From the NCBI RefSeq assembly GCF_006345805.1, contig NC_042997.1, positions 38,502,001 through 38,566,000 of the forward strand: 64,000 nt of DNA. Direction: 5' to 3'. This document shows, in pieces, positions 1 to 11,519 of this stretch. A program made the position numbers and the translations under genes. The DNA comes from Octopus sinensis (lineage: Eukaryota). Each line of letters starts with the position of its first letter. The first letter of the stretch is position 1. The notes under the pieces are model-generated. The model did not search any database. It saw only the letters and a program-made list of their open reading frames with translations, and had not been told where the DNA came from.

Positions 1-115
1 AGCACAGTGCCTTGCGGAACGCCACTACTGACTTTGTCTGGGCTTGATTTTACCACCTTAACTACACAATGTTGAGATCTGTCTGTCAGGAAACACTTGA
101 TCCATTTCAGTAAAT
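1..115 (-). mobile_element. CR1/L2-type LINE reverse transcriptase fragment (runs off the window edge)
   Basis: Minus strand translates LLKWIKCFLTDRSQHCVVKVVKSSPDKVSSGVPQGTVL, the RT SGVPQG motif; abuts a (TA)n tract. Confidence 0.8.
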
Positions 116-120
116 TTATA

Positions 121-227
121 ATAATATATTATATATATATATACGTTTAAATATTTGTTGTGCAAGATTTTTTATTGGCTAAACTGGCAATATGACCATT
201 CCGAAATATAAACATATATATATATAT

Positions 228-287
<60 letters not shown>

Positions 288-804
288 TATATATATTTAT
301 ATATAAATTTAATAATATTTATATATATATAAAATTATATATAAATATATATATATATATAATTTATATATATGTATATAAATTTATATATATGTATATA
401 TATATTTATATATATGTATATATATATATTATATATGTATATATATATATATGATATATATATATGTATATATAAATTTATATATATGTATATATATATA
501 TGTATATATATAATATCTGTATATATTATATGTTATATATATATGTATTAAATTATATATCTGTATATATTATATGTAATATATTATATGGTATATATAT
601 ATATGTATATATAAATATATATATATGTATATATATATATGTTATATAAAATTTATATATATGATATATATTATATATATGTATATATAATTTATATATA
701 TGTATAGATATATATATGTATATATATATTATAAATTTATATATATTATATATGTATATATTTATATATATATATCAATTATGTATATATTTATATATGT
801 ATAT
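121..804. repeat. Degenerate (TA)n microsatellite
   Basis: Continuous TATA/TATG repeats; ORF 700..927 is read-through of this tract. Confidence 0.95.
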
Positions 805-886
805 AATTCGACCAAGCAGTATTCGGTATGTAAAGACCATTTACGGTGTATTGAAGTATTAATTTATAAAAATATGTACGAAGACA

Positions 887-3512
887 GGGAGAATACTAGA
901 TCTCATTCGTATTTTTGGATTCGCTAGTACTGGGTGTCTGGCATGGTTTGTCCGATGTTACAGATATCGGACGGGTATGTTTGATTCTTAGTATTTTCAA
1001 ATCTAAATCAGAAGAAATCTCTGAGCTGATGAAGGAAAAGTGGCGTTTAACCCAAATCCAGAAACAGACTGTCCTCGGGTATCGTATATGGATGTGATCT
1101 TTCATTGTTTTTCCCTTATACCTATGTGAGTTATTTTCTGAGTATGCATTGTCTGGAGACTTTTATTTGCAGTTGAAGAATAGCCATATTTTTGGCTGCT
1201 ATTTCTGAAAAGTTCGGTGTGTGGTAAAGTGAATTTTTTTTACTTACCATATTTTTATAAATTAATACTTCAAATACACCGTAAATGGTCTTTACATACC
1301 GAATACTGCTTGGTCGAATTTATTAACAATTATTAATTCTACCACCCCCCCTTTTTTGATGACAATATAATGCTTTTCTCTCCAAGAATTTGACTACACA
1401 GTTTTTTTACCTCTGTAGAAATGTAATGCTCTATGACTCACGTGGGTGGACAGGGAGAATAATAGATCTCATTCGTATTTTTGGATTCGCTAGTACTGGG
1501 TGTCTGGCATGGTTTGTCCGATGTTACAGATATCGGACGGGTATGTTTGATTCTTAGTATTTTCAAATCTAAATCAGAAGAAATCTCTGAGCTGATGAAG
1601 GAAAAGTGGCGTGTAAAACCCACAAATCCAGAAACAGACTGTCCTCGGGTATCGTATATGGATGTGATCTTTCATTGTTTTTCCCTTATACCTATGTGAG
1701 TTATTTTCTGAGTATGCATTGTCTGGAGACTTTTATTTGCAGTTGAAGAAATAGCCATATTTTTGGCTGCTATTTCTGAAAAGTTCGGTGTGTGGTAAAG
1801 TGAATTTTTTTTACTTTACCATATTTTTATAAATTAATACTTCAAATACACCGTAAATGGTCTTTACATACCGAATACTGCTTGGTCGAATTTATTAACA
1901 ATTTAATTCTACCCCCTTTTTTGATGACAATATAATGCTTTTCTCTCCAAGAATTTGAACTACAGTTTTTACCTCTGTAGAAATGTAATGCTCTATGACT
2001 CACGTGGGTGGACAGGGAGAATAATAGATCTCATTCGTATTTTTGGATTCGCTAGTACTGGGTGTCTGGCATGGTTTGTCCGATGTTACAGATATCGGAC
2101 GGGTATGTTTGATTCTTAGTATTTTCAAATCTAAATCAGAAGAAATCTCTGAGCTGAAGGAAAAGTGCGTTTTACCCACAAATCCAGAAACAGACTGTCC
2201 TCGGGTATCGTATATGGATGTGATCTTTCATTGTTTTTCCTTATACCTATGTGAGTTATTTTCTGAGTATGCATTGTCTGGAGACTTTTATTTGCAGTTG
2301 AAGAAATAGCCATATTTTTGGCTGCTATTTCTGAAAAGTTCGGTGTGTGGTAAAGTGAATTTTTTTTACTTTACCATATTTTTATAAATTAATACTTCAA
2401 ATACACCGTAAATGGTCTTTACATACCGAATACTGCTTGGTCGAATTTATTAACAATTAATTCTACCCCCTTTTTTGATGACAATATAATGCTTTTCTCT
2501 CCAAGAATTTGAACTACAGTTTTTACCTCTAGAAATGTAATGCTCTATGACTCACGTGGGTGGACAGGGAGAATAATAGATCTCATTCGTATTTTTGGAT
2601 TCGCTAGTACGGGTGTCTGGCATGGTTTGTCCGATGTTACAGATATCGGACGGGTATGTTTGATTCTTAGTATTTTCAAATCTAAATCAGAAAAATCTCT
2701 GAGCTGATGAAGGAAAAGTGGCGTTTTACCCACAAATCCAGAAACAGACTGTCCTCGGGTATCGTATATGGATGTGATCTTTCATGTTTTTCCCTTATAC
2801 CTATGTGAGTTATTTTCTGAGTATGCATTGTCTGGAGACTTTTATTTGCAGTTGAAGAAATAGCCATATTTTTGGCTGCTATTTCTGAAAAGTTCGGTGT
2901 GTGGTAAAGTGAATTTTTTTTACTTTACCATATTTTTATAAATTAATACTTCAAATACACCGTAAATGGTCTTTACATACCGAATACTGCTTGGTCGAAT
3001 TTATTAACAATTAATTAATTCTACCCCCTTTTTTGATGACAATATAATGCTTTTCTCTCCAAGAATTTGACTACAACGTTTTTACCTCTGTAGAAATGTA
3101 ATGCTCTATGACTCACGTGGGTGGACAGGGAGAATAATAGATCTCATTCGTATTTTTGATTCGCTAGTACTGGGTGTCTGGCATGGTTTGTCCGATGTTA
3201 CAGATATCGGACGGGTATGTTTGATTCTTAGTATTTTCAATCTAAATCAGAAGAAATCTCTGAGCTGATGAAGGAAAAGTGGCGTTTTACCCACAAATCC
3301 AGAAACAGACTGTCCTCGGGTCTCGTATATGGATGTGATCTTTCATTGTTTTTCCCTATACCTATGTGAGTTATTTTCTGGGTATGCATTGTCTGGAGAC
3401 TTTTATTTGCAGTTGAAGAAATAGCCATATTTTTGGCTGCTATTTCTGAAAAGTTCGGTGTGTGGTAAAGTGAATTTTTTTTACTTTACCATATTTTTAT
3501 AAATTAATACTT
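887..3512 (+). repeat. Tandem array of ~560-bp units (~4.7 copies), each with a hammerhead ribozyme motif; an inverted 72-bp piece of the unit lies at 805-876
   Basis: GAAACAGACTGTCCTCGGG recurs with GTC ending at 1073, 1643, 2199, 2753, 3314 (spacing 570, 556, 554, 561). Copies differ mainly by homopolymer indels. 805-876 is the reverse complement of the unit segment CATATTTTTATAAATTAATAC...GGTCGAATT. Confidence 0.95.
2698..2759 (+). ncRNA. Type I hammerhead ribozyme (array copy 4; also 1020-1079, 1586-1649, 3259-3320; core damaged at 2148-2205)
   Basis: TCTGAG-CTGATGA-A-GGA(AAA)GTGG..CCAC(AAA)TCC-A-GAAAC-AGACT-GTC-CTCGGG. Stem I TCTGAG/CTCGGG is 6 bp with 2 G.U pairs; helix II is bipartite; stem III is near-palindromic ACAG-A-CTGT; the triplet is GUC. 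Confidence 0.8.
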
Positions 3513-3688
3513 TTATATATGTATATATGTATAATATATATTATATATATATATATGTATGTATATATATAATATATGTATACATATATATATGTATATA
3601 TATATGTATATATAAATTTATATATATATAAATATATATTTATATATATATATATGTTATATAAAATTTATATATATATAACTATATA

Positions 3689-3689
<1 letters not shown>

Positions 3690-3719
<30 letters not shown>

Positions 3720-6700
3720 CCAGTTTCAGCTTATGAGCTGTGGCCATGCTGGGGCACCGCCATTTGGTGTTGCTACTTGGTTTCACTTCATGGGGCTTCT
3801 AGCAACTGCTATTTGGTGCATGAGAGAGTTCGATGCAGCTGCCCTCATCTGCCCCTCCTGCGTGAAGTTGGTTCATCTGGGGACACCTGACAGGAAGAGA
3901 TCCAGCTCCATTTTAAAGACATCTGTATCCACCCCATGCAGGTCTCTCAGGTTCATCGGGAGGATATTGAAGAGCTGTGGGCCTCGGAAGCCCAGGCTAT
4001 CACAGAATCTTGTCCTACATCTTGATGGCAAGTTTGGAGTCCTAGGCACCACGCAGTGGCGCCCAGTTCTGGCGTTTGCGTAACTCTCTCGATGCCAAAG
4101 TTCAGGACACTTCCCTCCAGGATCTTCAGATGTATATTATGGCATATCTTTCCGCCTACGCTCCAGGGAATATAATTTTAATCTCTTGAGTCTTTCCCAG
4201 TAGCTTACATTCTGCATAGAGGCTATCTTCTTCGTGTAGCTTCGTTGGATCGCCTCAAGTTCTGTGATCAACTTGACACTGGATGGTGACCATAGCTGAG
4301 AGCAATAGTCAAAGTGACTTAGGACAAGTGTCTTCCAGAGGACCATCATGGTTCTTGTTCTCTTGTTCTAAAGGTTCTAAGAATCCATCCAGCCAGCCGT
4401 CTGCATTTTATGTCAGTTAGCAACATGTACATGAAGGTCGCGTCATCACTCATGTGAATACCCAGGTCACGCACTGATTGTGCCTCTGGGATTGCAATCC
4501 CTCCGGGTCCAGTGTATTCCTTGGGTATTGCATTCAGTTTTGCATGCTGATAGTATAAAGCTGAAACTTTTCAGCATTGAACTGCATGCTATTCTTTTCA
4601 GCCCACTGTATATTTCGTTAGTTCCAGCTCATATTGCAGGTGCCTAGTGTCTTCAGGGTTCTGTATTGCCTGTGAAACTTTTGTATCATCTGCATAACTT
4701 GTGATCGTGGCTCTCCGCGTGGCTGAGGGCATGTCTGAGAGGGCCATTATGAACAGTAGTGGTCCCAAAACAGTGCCCTGTGGAACACCGCTCACTATTT
4801 GCGTGCTAATGGAAGTGGCCCCATTGGCTACTACCACCTGACTTCTATTCTTCAGAAAGTCGTGAAGCCATTCTCCTAGTTTTCCAACTATGCCAAGATC
4901 ACGCAGTTTGTGACATATCATTCCATGATCGACTTTATCGAAGGCCTTTGCGAAGTCGAGATATATGACTTCCACATTTGAGTGGTTGAGCAGTTGTTTC
5001 AGCACCCAGTCATAGTGCTGCAGGAGCTGAGTTAAGCAGCTTCTTCCTGGTCGGAAACCATGTTGGGTGTCAGGCAGCAAGTCATTTTCTTCAAGGAAGG
5101 TGATTAGTTTCCTTCTGACTATTCGTTCCATGACCTTGCTGATGTGTGAGGTCAGAGAGATAGGTCTGTAGTTCTTGGCCTCCGCTCTGCTACCTCCTTT
5201 ATGAATAGGGCATATTTTACCTTCCTTCAGTTTTCTTGGAAGTTTGCCAGCTGCAAGGAAGCTCTGAAAGAGGAACTGCAGTGGTCTTGCTAAGACTCTC
5301 TTACATACTTTTAGGAGGATTGCCGGGAATCCATCGGGGCCAATAGCTGAGTCTATTTTCATTTCATCTATAGCCTTTATTACATCGTCTTCCTTTATAT
5401 CGATGTAATTTAACGTCGCCGCCTCTGATTCTATATCTGCAGTGGTAAAAAAAGTCAGTTGGATTGCTGATTTGGAAATGCCCAAGGGGTGGAGTGAAAA
5501 CACTCTTGAATTGTTCATTCAGTATTTCACTTACCCTCATTGTTTTCCTGTGAGTGTGCCATCCTTTTCAAGGAGTGGCCCTATCCTACAGTGCACCGTA
5601 GCTGTTTCTTTGGCATACCTGTAGAAAGCTCTGGGGTTAGTTTTTATGTTGTCTATAGCCCAGGCTTCTTTGTCTGCTCTTCCTTCTCATGGAGAGTTGC
5701 AGACAATTTTCAATTTCCAACAGTTTTATTTTCAGGCGGGACTTTTCACTGCTTTCAATTTGTTTGTTTAGGCGATTTGAGATTTTTTGCGCCGTCTCAT
5801 TAAAATTTTTCTCTCTCTGGGGATTTTGTTCTTGTGTACAGTGGCCTTTCTCTCTGGGACACATTTGTAGCATATGGCTTGCATTACAGACATGAATTGT
5901 TGAAGTATCATGTCGATGTCCGGCGAGGAGAGACATTCAGGCCAGTTTTGTTTGAGGATCTCTTTCTCAATTTGTTTCCAGTTTGCCTTATTGAAGTTCA
6001 AGCTGGAAAGATTCTGAGGGTTTCTTGTAGGCTGCATGTCCGTGCTCTCTTTTGGCCCGTACATGGTCAGCTCTATCATGTTGTGATCCGAGAGTAGTGT
6101 CGGTGTCACTTTCACATTATGGATGAGATCCATATTATTTGTGAAGCAGAGATCCAGTGTGTTACCCGCTCTGGTTGGTTGGAGTATTACTTGCTCCATG
6201 TACAGGGTGTTGGTGAGGTTCAGGAGGGACCTCGCCTGTCCTCGTTCACATCTTGTCATTCCTGGGAGAGAAAGGCCTCGGGCCATCTGACATTCGGTAG
6301 ATTGAAGTCTCCCATGAGAAGTACACTTATGTGTTTTTCTAATGTGGTTAGAACTTCTTCTATTTTTAAAAGGCAGTCCTCAAACTTGCCCATAACTTGG
6401 GGCATCTGGAGGGCGATATGTAGCACCACACAACTACATCAAGTTGCCTTATGTGTACAATTAGTGTGTCACACACCGAGTTTGAGTATGACAAAAGGAC
6501 CTGGGGTGTGAGGTCCCCACGGATGTACATAGCACTCCTCCATGACTTCTTTCTTTCCTGTCGGTCCGTAGTACACAACATACTGTGGTATGTGTAATTC
6601 CGCATCTGCTATGTCCGGTTTCAGATGCGTTTCTGTGAGTGCTATGCATAAGGCTTGATTGCATGCGACAAAGTCTCTCAGGAACGGGACTTTTGTCCTG

Positions 6701-7184
6701 TTACTGTGTGTTAGTAGTCCTCTGATGTTCAGTAGGAGCATCGAGGTGAGGTGTATGCTGTTGCCGGTGGTGTCCACCCTGGGTCCATCTGCTGTGGCGG
6801 TCTTGTGAACCGTGGGCAGTTCCATCTGCGAGCCTGAGCCTGATGGAGCCAGGTAGCTGCTGTACAATCTTTTGTGCCATGCACAAAAAAGATCCTGCTC
6901 AGCAGCTGCCCTTTCAACAAACGTTGGTGGTTTGTGGTACGCACCACATCTGCGTACCTCCGTTTTGGGGCCGGTGATGCGTGGTCCATCCCATTTCCTT
7001 TCGGTGGTTGTTTCTGTGGCAGGGTCCCGGATGTGCAAAGCGGCAGCCTGCACCTTCCTCTCCATGCCGGCAGGCACCTTTCAGGTAGAACCTACATACC
7101 CGTGTGCGCTGCTTGTTTCCATCCTTTTTGGCATATGGACAGTTAGGTTTGCCTCTATCCCTGGCTGCCTTGCCCCTTGGCTTT
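3690..7184 (-). mobile_element. Near full-length CR1/L2-type non-LTR retrotransposon (Zn finger, APE, RT) with frameshifts, inserted in (TA)n, (ATCA)n tail
   Basis: APE motifs LLLNIRGL, IALTETHL, LLMGDFNL, TLDLCFTN, LLSDHNMI (about 6100-6760). RT ORF 4598-5518 has NYRPISLTS, QHGFRPGRSC, YLDFAKAFD, GVPQGTVLGP, YADD. C-terminal HFDYCSQLW..LERRR at 4137-4349. Tail (TTGA)n at 3690-3719. Confidence 0.95.
4598..5518 (-). CDS. LINE reverse transcriptase domain (uninterrupted 306-codon stretch of ORF2)
   Basis: All canonical non-LTR RT motifs are present in one frame. Confidence 0.9.
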   Translation of the reverse strand: MNNSRVFSLHPLGISKSAIQLTFFTTADIESEAATLNYIDIKEDDVIKAIDEMKIDSAIGPDGFPAILLKVCKRVLARPLQFLFQSFLAAGKLPRKLKEGKICPIHKGGSRAEAKNYRPISLTSHISKVMERIVRRKLITFLEENDLLPDTQHGFRPGRSCLTQLLQHYDWVLKQLLNHSNVEVIYLDFAKAFDKVDHGMICHKLRDLGIVGKLGEWLHDFLKNRSQVVVANGATSISTQIVSGVPQGTVLGPLLFIMALSDMPSATRRATITSYADDTKVSQAIQNPEDTRHLQYELELTKYTVG

Positions 7185-7335
7185 AAATATATATATTAAA
7201 TATATATTTAAATATATATATATAAATATATATGTATATATATATATGCATATATATATATGTAATATATATATATGGTTATATATATATGTATATATAA
7301 ATTTTATATATATAAATATATATATATAAATATAC

Positions 7336-7372
<37 letters not shown>

Positions 7373-8125
7373 ATATATATATATTATATATATAAAGAAC
7401 TATTTTACAAAGCATAAAATTCAGAAGACTTATTATGAAAGAACACGGCAATGCAAGAACAAATCGTCATATTCATAATACAAACTTTCGTTTGCCAGCT
7501 TCCTTATTTTTATGAGAATATGTACTTATGTTAATGTAATACTTTTCAATACAAGAAGTAATTTTTAATGGAAAGGATATTTTTTTTTATTGGGTAATTT
7601 TTTATATAATTTCTGTTTATGTTATGTTATTTTTATTCCAGAAACATTCTAAACTATTAATAATGTTTTATAATGTTGCTCATAGCAACAGATTCATATA
7701 AAGATTTTAGTTCTTTTTGTTATGGAAACCTAACTGCAGCTGATTTACTTTCGTTAATCAACAGAATTTCAAATCTCACACGTCAATATAACATATGACG
7801 TCCAAAGACATGGCTTTCAAAGCCTCGATGAAGCCACAATGGTAATACGCACAACATTATAGCCACGATGATGATCGTGACTACAACCATTGTCGTCGCC
7901 CTCATCAACATCGTAATATAAGACAATAAAGCAAAGTTGATATTAACTTGTTCTTTTTAATATGATTTCTGTCATCGTTCGCATTAGGTCACGTATAGAA
8001 CTAGTTTCTACATCCCAAAAAGAAAGAAAAAAAAAAGAAAGAAAGAAGGAATGAAAGACAGAAAGAAAGAAGGAAAAAAAGAAAGGTAAATATATATATA
8101 TATATAATATATATATATATATATA

Positions 8126-8351
8126 CAGATAAAGGGTAAAATATAATTAATTTTATAAAATCAATAAATTTCACCTAGTAGTATTTCGGTATGGAAAAGG
8201 ACCATATTCGGTAAAAATGCATATAATTATAATAAAAATGGTTTTTGCAAAAAGTTGCTTAACCACATACCGAAAAATTAGAAATATTAGAAATTTCTAA
8301 TATTTTCGGTACGTGGTTTAAGCAACTTGTTGCAAAAAACCCTTATTATTA

Positions 8352-8360
<9 letters not shown>
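8126..8360. repeat. TA-flanked repeat fragment with a ~140-bp fold-back palindrome (8221-8360)
   Basis: TTTTTGCAAAAAGTTGCTTAACCACATACCGAAAA is inverted as TTTTCGGTACGTGGTTTAAGCAACTTGTTGCAAAAA. The segment GTATTTCGGTATGGAAAAGGGACCAT resembles the array-unit end at 805-876. Confidence 0.7.
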
Positions 8361-8404
<44 letters not shown>

Positions 8405-8408
8405 TATA

Positions 8409-8495
<87 letters not shown>

Positions 8496-8497
<2 letters not shown>

Positions 8498-8897
8498 CGC
8501 AGGAGTGGCTGTGTGGTAAGTAGCTTGCTAACCAGCCACATGGTTCCGGGTTCAGTCCCACTGCGTGGCATCTTGGGCAAGTGTCTTCTGCTACAGCCCC
8601 GGCCGACCAATGCCTTGTGAGTGGATTTGGTAGACGGAAACTGAAGACCTGTCGTATATATGTATATATATGTGGTGTGTGTGTTTTGTGTCTGTGTTTT
8701 TCCCCCCCCCCAAATCGCTTGACAACCGATGCTGGTGTTTACGTCCCCGTTACTTAGCGGTTCGGCAAAAGAACCGATAGAATAAGTACTGGGCTTACAA
8801 AGAATAAGTCCGGGGTCGATTTGCTCGACTAAAGGCGGTGCTCCAGCATGGCCGCAGTCAAATGACTGAAACAAGTAAAAGAGTAAAGAGTAAAGAG
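8496..8897 (+). mobile_element. tRNA-derived SINE family A (~400 bp); other copies 24424-24832 (+), 44401-44810 (+), 61428-61819 (-); decayed copies near 32990-33240 and 48000-48245
   Basis: A box TGGCTGTGTGG and B-box-like GGTTCAGTCCC; internal TG-rich tract; 3' GGCGGTGCTCCAGCATGGCC..CAGTCAAATGACTGAAAC plus a (TAAAGAG)n tail; four similar copies in the window. Confidence 0.9.
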
Positions 8898-9041
8898 TAT
8901 ATATATATACCGGATTAACCACATAAATGTGAAACAAGGTGGAAAAAAGAGTACTCAAATACCAGTGGTAGAGTAATATGCTTTATTTAAAGCACCAGAA
9001 CAAAAACAGGTTTTGTTGAATTTTCTGCTGCTTTAAATAAA

Positions 9042-9095
<54 letters not shown>

Positions 9096-9513
9096 GATAG
9101 ATAGATAGATAGATTACGGGATCTATAATAATTTTTCGGCTCTAAATTTATGAAGAACTATTCGTATTCATTCTGAGCTAGTAGATCAACACCGTTAGCA
9201 CTCTGTAATTTTCTGTGTGCACCAAATATATATTTGGTGCACACAATTGACATGGTGCTTATAGTTACAAGTCAAAGGCATGCAATATTAAAAAAACAAT
9301 GTCATTTGAATTAATAGAATCGCCTGATAGGAAAGAGATCTACAATAAAATGAAACGCGTGTATGTCCAATAATATTACCACTATGCTTTTTATTAAACC
9401 TTTCCCTTATTCAAGTTAGTTGTATCTATCGAGGAGAATTCGATTGATATATTTATCGAGTTGAGCTAGAAATATAACACTTACACACACTCACACAGAC
9501 ACACATACACACA

Positions 9514-9573
<60 letters not shown>

Positions 9574-10339
9574 ATATATATAAATTAGAGATAAAACCAA
9601 TATTATGCAACTCAAACAGTGATGGACATAAATAAATAATATATATATTTTTATAAATATATAACTTATAACTAGATGTCAAAAAGTATAAAAATGAATG
9701 ATGAATATATATTGAATATATAATATAAGTAAAAAAAAACTACAATTAAATTCGAATTACAATTCAATTGAAATAAATTCAATCTTCCGGTTAATAGTAA
9801 TAGTTAAATACATAAGCAAATAGAGTTAAACAATATTTATTTAATAAATAAATAAAATAATAATTTTTCTTATAGAAAAAATTTAATTTAACTAAATTAG
9901 AAACTTAAAACATTAGGATTATTTCCTACAACACCTTTATTATGTTAAATATTTAATTTTTAAGGTAAAAAAAAAAGGATAGAAATATGTATTTATCTTT
10001 GAAGATATAATTTGGCTTTAAAAACCATAATAAATTATCAAATATCTTTAACTCAGTTATACTCCAATATTTAATTACCACATTATTTAACAAAATAATC
10101 ACTATTAATATTTTTAGATTTAAGTTTACATCTAATAATTATAAAATAATAAATACATTAAAATTACTATCTAAATTATAATCAACAAATATAGAAATTA
10201 AATATCTAAAATTTTCTCTATCAATAAATATATAAACATACAACAAAAAGTAAATGAATTAGTCCATTATTTCTTACATAAATATTATAAATATCTATAG
10301 AATATATTTATGAAATCCATAAATTTCATATATATATTT

Positions 10340-10720
10340 AGCAACAGGAAAAAACCCCCGAAAAGACTTGAGAACGCATTTTACGTTGATAATCAGCCCA
10401 AAGCCTTGTGGATCTTTGTTCAACAGTCTCTAAAGCACGGCTATTTGAAGTAAAGGCAGCATCGCGAGCACGCCGGAGTTCTGCTTGTTGAGCTGTCGTT
10501 GATGCTCTGGTGACTGCGCAGAAGCAACATTCCGAGCATGCCAGAGTTCTTCTTGTTGAGTAGTCTGTGATGCTCTGGTGACTGCAGCAGAAGCAGCAAT
10601 GGGAGGACGCCGAAGCACACATTGGTCCTCTGTCTCGCTTGCCCGCAAGGAACGCAAAACGGAAGAATTTTTTTTTTTGTTTTTCTGCCAATGTGACTCT
10701 TGCCTTTTCGAGGCATCCTA
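10340..10720 (-). pseudogene. Helitron Rep/helicase N-terminal remnant
   Basis: Frameshifted MPRKGKSHIGRKTKKK followed by repeats SETEDQ.., QTTQQEEL.., LETVEQRSTRLWADYQRKMRSQ, resembling the ETxEQRxxRL repeats at Helitron Rep-Hel N-termini. Confidence 0.6.
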
Positions 10721-11519
10721 TCGAAAATCTGTAATTGATTGCAAACCGGAAAATTTCAAATGGGATATAGGGTTCGGCAATATGTGATGTTGACTGATAA
10801 AGAAGCAAAACTTGTGGATGAATAAGCTACCAGAACCGACCAAATAGTGATTTTCTTAAGAATGTAACCGGTGAATTTGATCTGTAAATTTCATAAAAAT
10901 GATAAGAAGAATTTGCCAAAATATCGTTCAATTATGCTTATTGATAAAAAAAAATAACTCGTAATTTGATATGTTGATACTAATATTCCTTCTTCATGAA
11001 ATGGAATTAAAGAATAAATAATGAGGATGTTCATGTCAAATCAAGTGAGTCACACAAAACTCGAAAAATACCGCTCATTTTTTGTCTTATATAAGAAACT
11101 GTTCGCGAAATTTTTAGGTATTTGTCACCCAAATTTCCACGTTCAAATTCAATCAAATTGTGATTTTCTTCTGTCAGCTGAATTTTGCCGTGAGAAAATA
11201 ATCACAGAGTTGATTGATCGCTAATTAGTGCCATCTATTCGTTAAAGTTACTGTTTTATTTCATTCTTACTTATTCAAAATAATTACCTTGTCTTCTTAC
11301 TCTTTTGTGTCAGCTTATTCATTAAACACAGAATGAAATGCCTGCATGCACGCGTTCGATTACCATTCATTCTAGAATGATATCGATTTTTACTGCAATC
11401 ACATATGTTCTTTCATGATATTTAGCGTAATCAGTTGAAAAGTTCAGCTGTTATAATCTTTTACACACACACATAGACAGAACAGAATTTATATAATAGT
11501 TATATGTAATATATGTATG

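Noticed and set aside
896-3428. Repeated 60-88 aa ORFs in the tandem array as a protein-coding repeat or PLE nuclease fragment
   Set aside because: Frames shift between copies and no GIY-YIG or other motif is recognisable; the conserved feature is the RNA fold.
887-3512. CRISPR-like array
   Set aside because: Units are ~560 bp and wholly repeated, with no unique spacers or cas genes; the context is eukaryotic.
9700-10330. Very AT-rich stretch suspected of being a mitochondrial insertion
   Set aside because: No recognisable mitochondrial protein, tRNA cloverleaf or rRNA motif could be established by eye; BLAST to the mitogenome would be needed.
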